A stretch of 64,000 bases of DNA, taken from NCBI RefSeq assembly GCF_000281045.1, contig NW_008246092.1, positions 436,596 to 500,595 on the forward strand. Direction: 5' to 3'. Position numbers and translations under genes: made by a program. The notes below the pieces were generated by a model that was not told where the DNA came from, did not search any database, and saw only the letters and a list, made by a program, of their open reading frames with translations. The DNA comes from Saprolegnia diclina VS20 (taxonomy: Eukaryota). This document shows, piece by piece, positions 23,168 to 33,749 of the stretch (its first letter is position 1; each line of letters opens with the position of its first letter).

Positions 23168-26100
23168 CTATGAGCCGTCCAAGCCCGCCCTAGAGACACA
23201 CGTGGTGAGATTCATGCGTGACGACAAGGAAGAGTACTTGAGGAAGGACGTCGCGAGCTGCGCCGAGTCAAAGTTGAGGTGGATCGACGTGATAAGGCCC
23301 TCGTTGAGCTCGATGATGTCGCACGACTCTTCGACAACGACCTCGGCGTTGTGCACGATGCGCATCGTCGATGACGTCATGACAACGACCGTACTCTCGT
23401 CTTCGTCCGCAACCATGCGAAGGACGCGGCCCTTTAGCCGCTCGACCGTCTCGTCCCGTAGCTTCCAAAACTGGCAGAGGCCCTGGAGACCGTGGTACTC
23501 GCCCCAGTACGGCACGCTCGACGGGAGGTTGGAGCTCAGCACGACCGACCCGTGGACGCTCTACCGTGCTCAACGTCAAGCCTCCACCGTCACGACGACT
23601 GCATCTACCGTTGAGATGGCGTCCGGCGTCGGGAGACCCGGGCGCACGGCTTGCGTGGAAAACTCGAGGTCGTCCGAAAACAGGTGCGCGTACAAGGACG
23701 CTACGATCGCCTTCATTTGCTTGGTCGACAGCTTCTTTTGCGCGTTCGAGGGAAACAGAATCTAGCCAGAGTTTCAATCTATCCACTGGACAATACACGA
23801 CATGCGACGTACAGCGTTGGCCGACTTGGGCGAGAACGGAATGCCCGTGATGGCCATGAGCAGCTCTTGAAGCCACGTGATCTTGGTCGCTTCCGAGTCG
23901 ACGAGGACCCAGAAGACTCCGTGGCCTTGCGTGTTGAACTGGAACGCGTGGACTTCGTGCTTGCCGGCAACGCGAATCGGGATGCCTTCGCAGACGCTCG
24001 TGGGCACGACGACGCCCTTTACGAGCGTCCGGTGCTTGGCCTGCGACTCGGACACGTAGTAGCTCAGCGTCGAGAGCCCGCCGCCACGCTCGAGCACAAA
24101 GTAGTAGCGCTCCCAGACGTGGCGCTTGCCCACATCCGGCATGCCGCTCTTGAACATGTACCCGCTCGTCACGACGACGCATTCGTCTTTGGTCGCGACC
24201 GTGACGCCGCCGTCATAGACGGCGCACTTGGTCACATCGTCGCCGAGCGACGTGTCCAGGACCAGCAAGGACGCGTGCGCCGACGCTTCGTACGGCTTGC
24301 GCGAGAACGGCGACGTAAGCGAACGCTTGTACGTGAGGCTGCCCGGCGACGCTGGAGACGACGACGGCGGCGGCGACGTCGTCACCATGCGCGACTTGAA
24401 CTTGCTCAGCACCGACGTGCCAAAGCCCAAGAGCTGGGATGCGGCGCCTACGACGCGTGAGAGGCGCCCGGTTGAAGGTGGTGGGGTTGTACCATGACTG
24501 ATGTTGGGCTTGGTCGACGGGTTGGGCGTCGCCGACGTCTCGGTCGGCGTGCTCACGCGGGCCGTGAACGACCGGCGGGCGTTGAGCGCGCCAACGTTGC
24601 GCATGACGGACGCTGCCGGCGACGAGAGCACGTTCTTGAGGTACCCAGCCGACTTGGGAATCGAGAGCCGGCGCGTGCGCTTCGGCGGCTCTTCGGCGGT
24701 TGGCGGCTCGGGCTCGGCCGGGGCTTCGGGCAATGGCGTCAACGGCCCTTCGTCGTCACCGGGGGTTTCCTTGAGGTCGGTCTTGACCTCGTCGTCGTCC
24801 TCGTCGTACGCCACAACATCGCGGGCTTCGTCGGGCGAGACGTCGCTCTCCGCCTTCTCGGACGGCTCGTGCACCGACTCGGCCGGCGGCTGCGAGCGCA
24901 GGCCCAATCGGCGCTTGGACTCGCTGTTGAGGGCTTGCCACGCTGCGTGCTTGTTGCTGTGCTCCACGATACGGCGCTGCGACGGCGACGGGTGCTCGCT
25001 AGACAGTTGTCGCATTGGAATAGACCATTTGGTATCCAGATGGACTACCTTGTCGACATGACGAGCATCGCATCATTGAGCACCTTGAAGTACGGCTTGC
25101 TCGCCACATGGTCGTTGAAGACGTGCACGATGACGTCCAGGAGGTTGAGCGAAAACATGCTCCCAATGAGGGAGCACGTAGCGGATCGGCACCGCGACTT
25201 GTCGGTGATGAGGTAGAGGAGCGCCGACACGACGTGGATCAAGAGCATGTCGGCCTGCGGCTTGTCTTGCAGCAGCTGCACGTACTTGGGCACGAGGTTG
25301 CCAGCCGCCAAGGCCGCGTCGATGTCGGGGTCTTGGGCCGTGATCAACCTACAGATATCTCGTCAGAACTGGTGGCGAAAGCGGCACAAGTTCCCACCGA
25401 TAGAGGAGCTTGGCGAGGCCGACATCGACCGACGTCGGGAGCGCAAAGTCCTTGTGCTGGAAGAGCGTCACGTAGTGCGGCGCGCACGAGCGCGTGAGCT
25501 GGCGCAGCTTGGGCCAGAGACCGTCCGCCGACTTGAGCCCGCTCAGCTCGTACATGACCGACGCGTTCGGGTTGGGCGACGAGCTGCGGGATGACGACGA
25601 CGTCGTGGACGTCTCCTCCTCGTCGTCGACGTCGACGTCGGCGGCCGGTGGCTGCTCGGACCGCTTCTTCGTCTCGTACGCGCGCCAGTTGCGGCAGTAG
25701 ATGCGGACGAGCTCCGATGTCACGTGAATGTTGAGCACTAGCCAGCAAGGGTGAGTCATTTGCTTTAGCAGCAATATGAGTACCGCAAGGCGCGGTGAGC
25801 GACGCGGGCCACGACCGCATGTCCTGGAGCTGGTCGTACGACGCCTGGAACATCGTCTCGAGCATGGAGCCGCCGTTGGCCTGCACGTCCTTGCCGAGCT
25901 CCTCGAGCAGCATGAACTGGAGAAAGTTGTGGTAGCCTTCGGTCACGGCTTCGATGCCCCGGATCGTGCCAAATTGATCGCGCTAAGAACCAAACATCAG
26001 AGACCCTGCGCAAGTTGAAGAGAGGAGCGTACGACAAAGTACTTGGCAAGGAACTGGTTGTCTTCGCGGCGCAGGAACGAGCCAAGGCGGTCGGCTTGGT

Positions 26101-27304
26101 TGGCCTGGAGCATCTCCATCATGAGGCGGCACACGTTCTCGCGGGCAGCAATGTCGTTCGCAAGCAACGGCGACGAGAGCGCGATCGGCGTCTTGAGCGC
26201 CTGCACGAGCATCGGCGCGACGGCCTCCATCGCGTCGTGCACACCCGTGAGCGGGTGGATGCTCTCGTACGACTGCAGCAATTTGAGCAGAAGGTGCTTG
26301 ATCGTCGGGAGGTAAATGTGCTTGAGGAGCGCCGGCATGTACGGCTCGAGCACGACTTGGACGTAGCCGTCTTCGAGGCAGTAGGCGTCGTGGAGGCGAA
26401 TGAACGCCTTGCAGTAGAAGGCCGCTTGCACTTCGTCGATCGTCGAGTTGGCCGAGAAGTAGACGAAAAAGAGTCGCCAGAGCTCGAGCTCCTCGAGCGT
26501 TTGGCAGCCAAACGTGAGCTCCTCGCTCGCCGAGCCCGACGACGACGACGACATGCGGAACGACTCGTACAAGTCTTCGTCGCCCGTGTAGACGCGCATG
26601 ATGATCTCGGAGCACACAAACGTGCGCTTGTAGTATCCATACTCTTCATCGACCTTGAAGTTGGGCATGACAGTCGTGGGCTTGGGCGCGAGCACGCGCG
26701 GTGTGGGCGGTGCGAGAAGACCGGGTGGCGGCTCGTCGGATGTGGCTTCGCCCGAGTTGGTCTCGGCGACGGGATCTTCGCCCGATGTGGTTTCTTCAGA
26801 CGTCGGGAGCGAGTATGTCTGGTCTTCTACACGAGCCATGCATGAGATCTTATCGGCGATCGCTCGCGTACCGGCGCCGTTGTTGCCGTTCTCCATGTCG
26901 TCGAACACCTTTTGTGCAAATAACTTGGGCGCGGCCGGAAAGACGACGGGCGTCGAGAAGACGAGAAGCACCTCCTTGACGACGTCGTACTGCAGCAGCC
27001 AGTTGCGGAGGCCGCTCTCCGACTCTTCTAGGCCGTCGAAGATCATCTCGACTTCGAGATTCAAGAGCCGGTCAATGGCCTTGGCCTTGTCTTCCATGGC
27101 GATGATGCCCATGATCTCGGACTGGTACTCGTTGGGCGTGTCGTTCTCGTGCTCGGAGCTGCAGCTGCTGCTGCTGTTTCTTCGGTTGCGCTCACTCCGG
27201 CCGTCCATGTAGCGCGAGAGGCTGCCGCCACGCGGGCGCTGCGTATGACCGCTACTCGCTGTCTCTACGTCCTCCATGTGTGTATCTACACGCATCGTCT
27301 TCAT
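23168..27304 (-). CDS. SAPS (SIT4/PP6 regulatory subunit)-like protein fused to PH and SnoaL/NTF2-like domains
   Basis: SAPS-like YKRTFVCSEII, QAAFYCKAF, LLKHIYLPTIKHLLLKLL; PH SGYMFK..WERYYFVL..KITWLQEL; SnoaL VPYWGEYHGLQG..EGLITSIHLNFDS; an in-frame intron (about 24999-25049) joins the two halves. Confidence 0.75.
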
Positions 27305-27688
27305 GAGCGCCTCTTCCTGCGTCGGCGATGGACCTGATCGGCTCGATGGCGTCTCGGCCCTTGACGCACAAGAGGCAAATAAGCTCTTCTTTTTTTAAAT
27401 TTCCAGCGGCCCACTCAGCTTTTGTCTTGGAATTTGTATGGCGAACGTGGTACCGGCCACGCGCCTGTCCAAAAATTACTTGCCGTTTGTATGGGGTGTT
27501 CATTGGCACGGCTTCTACCCGCCGGCCCATTTTTATGCATGGATACCTTGGTGTTTGTATACTTTTCCAAAAAAATACCGCGCAGCTGCTCTCCCACTCT
27601 GTCTTTTGCAGGGCGTTTTCAACACGACGTGTCGACAGACTATACAAAGCCCAAGTCAACCGCTGCCACATGGTGTGCCATTGACTTC

Positions 27689-27985
27689 ATGTCGCTTTCG
27701 GCACGCTCCGCCAATCGAGATGCGAGACGCGAGCCCTTTTCAGCCAATCAGACACCAATTGCCAAGCAACGACGCACCTCCACGCTGTGGCGCCGCCTCA
27801 GCACCGTCGCCGCCAAGCCGCCGACAGAGCCGAGCAGCGCGTGGGGTCATTTCAAGCCCTTTGAGAGCATGGCCTCGTACATGGAGGTAACGACGGTGGG
27901 CCTGAGCGAGGCCGCCAACATTGACGCCAACGTTGCGCAGACACACGACGCAAAGACAGACGAGGGCACGGACACGCAGGATTAA
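27689..27985 (+). CDS. Small hypothetical protein
   Basis: 98-codon ATG-initiated ORF with host-like codon usage in its 3' half; no domain recognised. Confidence 0.35.
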   Translation: MSLSARSANRDARREPFSANQTPIAKQRRTSTLWRRLSTVAAKPPTEPSSAWGHFKPFESMASYMEVTTVGLSEAANIDANVAQTHDAKTDEGTDTQD

Positions 27986-29241
27986 CACGATCACTTTGGT
28001 GCATGGAGCCTCCTGTGTCTTCTTACAGCGATTGGCGCTGGGTGGCCTGAGACCCATCCCCCTCCAGTCAAAACTGAGTCTGAGATTCGCACAACGAGCT
28101 ATTTATCTGGCGTCACTCGGCCATGGTTGACCTGGGCGAAAAAGTAATGCATCAAGATGCACAAGGAGTGTGGCCAACGCGTACACTGTAGGGCTGGCGT
28201 CGTTGCGGTTGCGCAGCGAGCGATCAGAGAAGCACCACATGGATCGCAGGCCGTGCACAATCAGTGTGCAAGTCGCAGCAATTGCGTGCGTAGCTCACTT
28301 CAACGAGCTTTTCTTGCGGTTCAGATGAAGCCACTCGGAGCTACTTCGATGGATCACACCTTCTTCTCGCCATGTCCCCACAGCCAACGTGAATGGAATC
28401 GAAAAGGAGTGCGCAGAGACGGGTGCGGTGTGGATCGGCGTTGGACGACACCCGACGATAAGAGTTCAACGTTGTCGGTCGAAGATCGGATTCATGAACA
28501 GCTTGAACAGCCAAGTGCACCCGCCAGCTGACCTGCCTTTCCACCCACGTTGCATCCGATTGGGCAAGCCCAGGTCACGCGTGGCCCAATCAGAGTCCGT
28601 CAGAAGTGCTCTTTGAACCAATCCAGCTTCACATTTGCCTGGCATCGTCTAGCGAAAAGTTCGCGCTGGTTCGCGGGTCCATGCAGCTAAATGGCTTGAT
28701 GGGCTGACTAGGGAGTACACTCTTCAGCAACACTCGCCGTCGCAAGCGACCAAAGCCAACGATATGCGCAGCTGGATCTTCGTCTCGAAATAGCTGTCGA
28801 CGTCCCCGGACAAGGACAGACTGCAGGTCCTTGGACGCAAGGCACCCCAATTTGCACAACCTCATTTGTACATACTTGTGTTGGAACAGCCCCGCCGCTT
28901 CCAAGTGGGTGATGATGGCCAGCGCAGGTCTATGCCGCGCACGCTCGAGCGTCCACGTCATCGCTGCCGCCTTTTCTATTTGTCATCCGGATAAGTGCAC
29001 GCCGCACGCAATACAAACAGCCTGTGCGGTCGGCAGGCATCCGGATACGTCAGAGTATAGTTGAAGCTGGTATAGGATGCGAATTCTCGTCTTCGGTCGG
29101 CGCGTGCCCAAAGCGGTCAGAGCTGCATCCGACCCGCGTCGCCTATCGTAACCTGCGCAAGCATGTCCTTTGTCAAGTCCCTCGTGCGTCAGTTCAGCGG
29201 CGCCTCAAGGTACGTCGTCAGTCAGCACCGCGCAGGCGATC

Positions 29242-30661
29242 ATGCCCCCTAGCTCGATCGAGACGGTCGAGCAAATGCTCGAGAAGGAGCGGCAACAGCG
29301 ACGCGACGAGCTGGAGCAAGCCAAGCAAACACGCGCGACCAACGCCATGTACCAAAGCGCAAGCCTTTCTCTTCAAGACACGCTGCTGCGTTCGGCGCAG
29401 CAGCAGCTCACGCGGCTTCCCTCCCACGGCTCGGAGCGGTACGTACCCAACTGCCGTGACCATGCTTTAACGACGCCCTTATAGCTCGTTTGCATCCATG
29501 CGACGGTCGCGCGAGAGCTCGTTCGAGATCATTGAAATGTCCCGCGAAGGCTCTTTCCACGAAATCAGCGCATCAGATTTGCATGAGTTTGTCGACGTCG
29601 GTGCGCCTTCTGCCCGCCGCCTGCACGAGCTGGCGTGCATGCAAGCTGAAGATGTCAACGCCCGCGCCATGGTCTCGTCGCTGGCTCATACGGACGAGTC
29701 TTTGCCGCCTCTGTCCTCGCTCGCTGCGCGCTACTCGTCCGAGTGGATCGAAGCCGCCTTGCAACGCGTGTCCGCGCCGGTGCCAGCCATGTACATTCGC
29801 TACCGCAAGGTCGAGCCGGTTGTCGCCAAGACCGTCGCATCCGCCGCCGTGCACGAGTACCTCGTCCAAGGCTTGCGCTCGGCTGTGACGACACGGATCG
29901 AGTGTGCTGGTATGGAAGCTCACGACTTGGCCGCGCCCCAGACGGAGCAAGAGACCATGGCGAAGCACGACGTTAACGTCAAGACAGACTGCACCGAGAT
30001 GGCAGCGATGGCAAAGCACGACGTCAATGTGGCGGCGACCAACCGCGAGCAAGATCGTATGGCGCGACACGACGTGGATACCCCACAGCACTGCGCAGAA
30101 CCCCAACGTGTGCGCTCCCAGGATGTGACGTCGGTCACACTGACGGCCCTTGAGCGCGCTCGCTCCGTGGCGATGCGGCTCCATGATGTGAACGTCCCAA
30201 CACCGGCGACTGAAGCTTCGAGTGCCGCAGAGATGGCACGGGCGACGCTGACGATGCCAGAGCAGGATGCAGCGATCAAGATGCGTGACAGCGCCCGAGC
30301 CGCCAAGGTATGTCGCCACACACGTGGTCCTCTGACTCTGAATCGACCAGGAGCTTGCTGCATTTTACGCCACCCGCAAGCAAGCGCGGCAAGCACGTTT
30401 GCTCCAGAACCGGTACAGATTCCGGGAGGCGGCTGTCGACGCTCACGCGTGATTAGCTCGGACGAGGAGCACAAGATGTCGGCGATGCAAGAGCAGGCGA
30501 GCTGGGGCAAGGTGCTGCAACTAATCGATGGGTGCGATCGTGTCACTGGGAAATCGGAACTTCACACCGGGTCGTGTAGCCCCACGCACCATTCAACGTT
30601 CGCGTCTGTGCCTGCGCCCATGTCGCGCATGTTCAACATGCTCAAGGGCTACGCGGCCTAA
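29242..30661 (+). CDS. Hypothetical protein with repeated E..xMAxHDV motifs
   Basis: Exon 1 from 29242, intron ending about 29484, long ORF 29498..30661. Confidence 0.65.
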
Positions 30662-31710
30662 AGCGTCCGTCCTCGATGTCGTATATTGTACAATAGACAT
30701 TCTTTCATATCCGTGTCCCTCCACTCCGACAATGAAATGACAAAGCTGTACACGCAACACTGGCGCGAGCGCATCGCACATTGGCACATACACACAGCAT
30801 CACCCGCGTGGCAGAACGTGCATGGACTATTACGTTGTATGCTGGAGCGAGGATGAAGATACCTTGCGCCGTGCAGGATACTAGTAATTGCTTTCGCCAG
30901 CGTCGTGCAGTCGGCCCAAGATCCCATCGGAACGACCACCTCGTAGATGTAGTAGGCAGGGATTCGTGCTTGTCCACCGACTAATCAGTGCCGCCTCGTT
31001 GTTGATAGAAACGACTTTTACGTTTTGCATGACTGCATCTCTGACCTTTCGTCCTCTGGTGACCCTGCATTCACCAGCCAGCATGGGGTTGAGCGGGGGT
31101 ACACTGCCATTTTACGTGCAAAGGGTAAACTCCGGGGTAAACTACACGTAAAACGGCGATACATGAAGTGCGGGCGAGCGATGCGGTGCAGAATAACGGT
31201 CGGTTGACCTTCTTGGCGGTGCTGCGAGAAGCACACGCGCAGGTCGTTCCATTTCTCAAAAATCATGAGATAGAGGTTGCACGAGTTGACGGTGGTTTCA
31301 TGTCCATCACTGCGGTCGTCAGAAATGATGTACTACTGTGGCAATGTGAACGAGTGGACGCCAGTGACTCGAGCCTCCTTTAGCAGCCTGGCAGCCAAGC
31401 ACGACCGAGCTGCAAAGGACCAACGACGTTGGGCCTGCAGCCTCTCGGCCCTGGAGCGCACGAGTCGGGACTGAGGTTGTCGACGCAACGACCTCGCAGT
31501 TGACCCGACAAAACCAACCGGTTGGATCTGAGCGACGCGAACCGGTCCGACACGAAATTTACCAGCTGCTTGAACCGTATCCAGGAGCAAGGTGAAGTTT
31601 CGGTCTTGCTTCAAGCTGCAACTCGTGCGAACGTTGACATCGAGTGCTTGGACGCCACGGCGCCATCCTTCTTGTATAATTCGTCTAGTTATATCTTCTA
31701 CATCAACTGC

Positions 31711-32622
31711 TTACGCAAAGGCCTTTTCAAAGTAGGCGATCAGCGACTGCGCGACCGAGAACGAAAAGACGAGCTTGGGGCCGACCACGCCGAGCTTGGG
31801 GAGGAGGCCCTTGAAGAGCGCGCCGGGGCCCTCGTGCTTGAGGAGGTTCGAGATGACCTGCATGCCCGACTCGGGCGAGTCGAACGGGCGCGACTGGATG
31901 CGCGTCTTGATGACGTCGAGCGGCTGGGCGACAATGATACTGGCGCTCGCACCCGAGATGGAGGCCACAAAGTTCTGCCAGAACGTCGCGTCGCTGTAGT
32001 CTTCGAGCTTGAAGAGGTACTCCTTGCACGCAGCCGAGCCACCGAAAAGCGCAAACGAGCCGGGCGCGTTACGCGCGGCCGTCCACGCACCACCACGCCA
32101 CAAGGCAAGGCCCTCGGTCTTGAAGATGGTGACGACGCCACGGCCCGCGATCGCGTCCGGGTTGGTCTGGGCGCGGATCTTGAGCACATCGAGCGGGAGG
32201 AGCGCGATTTCACCAATGCCAATGAGCGAACCAGCAGTCGCGTGCATCATCGTCTTGGCGTTGCGCTCGCCAAAGAGCTGCGAGAAGAGGCCCTGGTGGT
32301 TCTTGGTCATGTAGTCCTTCACGACGGGCTGGCCGCCAAACTTGTACATGCGCTGGGTGACCTTGTAGCCGGCGGCAAAGCCGACGCCGGGGAAGAGCGA
32401 CTTGTACTTGGTCACGGCCGGCTTGGTGTGCGCGTCGCGGAAGATGACCTCGGACAAGCTCAAAGCGTTGTTCTTGTTGGTCATGAGGCGCTTGGCGACC
32501 GTGTCAACCGGGTGGAAGAGCGCGAGCTCGAGCACGCCCGACGCCGTCGAGCCGAGGATACGGGCCGCGGCCTGGCCAGCGCCAAACGAGGCGCCGTCGC
32601 CCTTGCGTTCAATATGGACCAT
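31711..32622 (-). CDS. GGC1: Mitochondrial GTP/GDP carrier
   Basis: Intronless; FHPVDTVAKRLM, SLFPGVGFAAGYKVTQRMYKFGGQP, AGSLIGIGEIALLPLDVLKIR and WTAARNAPGSFALFGG match the yeast Ggc1/Yhm1 type. Confidence 0.88.
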   Translation of the reverse strand: MVHIERKGDGASFGAGQAAARILGSTASGVLELALFHPVDTVAKRLMTNKNNALSLSEVIFRDAHTKPAVTKYKSLFPGVGFAAGYKVTQRMYKFGGQPVVKDYMTKNHQGLFSQLFGERNAKTMMHATAGSLIGIGEIALLPLDVLKIRAQTNPDAIAGRGVVTIFKTEGLALWRGGAWTAARNAPGSFALFGGSAACKEYLFKLEDYSDATFWQNFVASISGASASIIVAQPLDVIKTRIQSRPFDSPESGMQVISNLLKHEGPGALFKGLLPKLGVVGPKLVFSFSVAQSLIAYFEKAFA

Positions 32623-33749
32623 GATGCTACAGGTGCATGAGCCATGGGCATCGACGGGCAATGGACGTACGAGGTAGAGATGTGGGTGGAAGGATGCCAA
32701 GTGCAAAATGACGAGGAAACTTCGAGATCGCAAAGCAGATCGCGTTTTAAACCAACTCGGCCGCCACTCGATCGCACCGCCCCCTTTTTATGAAGCCACG
32801 TGGGTGTTTTAAACAGAAAAACCCACCGGGTCCGGTCCAAACGGTTTTAAACATTGCCACTCACGTGTTTCAAACACGATAAAAAACGAAGCGCCACGAA
32901 CGTTGGGCAACCTGTTGACGCAACAGTGTCGTCACATACAAACATCAAGATAATAAAAAAGAACTCTGTCTTTTTAAAAAGGCGCCCCGGTGCAGCAACC
33001 CACCCAGCTGGTTAAAACTGCAACTTGGACACGGTTCGTAACCGGTTCACCGCCCATGCGACGCGGCGCCACCAAAGCGCCTGCAGGTCGCAGGAAGCGA
33101 GCAAGCGTCGGCCGCCAGCCAAGGCGCTAGCGACGGTATTGCCTGGGAGGACGTTCGCGGTGCAACCTGAGAAAGTGCTGCAAGCGGATCGTCATCGCCC
33201 AAAAGGTCGTCGACGGCCGCGGGGGATAAGCGCGGCAAGCGTCTCGATCGTTGAAGGAAGCCCTCGGATCGCGCTACCTGCGTCATCTTCTGATGATTCT
33301 GGACACGCTCGTGGCAAATTGCGGATGCGCCTTTGAAAGTCACCCATCATGTCCGACCTCGAATCGACGCGCGTGGCCGTTGGAACCTGGTCACGACGGC
33401 CGTGGCACCGCAAGTAGCTCCGCAGACCAGCTTGTATGAGCCGTTGGCAGCGAATAGGAGCTGTTGGCAGCGAATACAGCAGTCGCGTCGCTGCTACCAG
33501 TACAGACTGGTTGCGCAGCCATGTTGAAGCTGCGCTGTCGGATGCAAGGTGCAAATAGCGTGCCGCCGGTATTAGTGTAGTACGCTCACATCGCTATAGC
33601 ATCCTGCCGTCGCCCCGTGCGTGGCGTCGCCTCCGTCCGACGTCATCGTCATCGTGATTGCCAACGCGCGGGCGTGCCGAATCCGCCGAATCCCGGTGCG
33701 TAACCGGACGATTCCGGTGGCGGAAGATTGCGGCCATTTCGCAGCAGCG

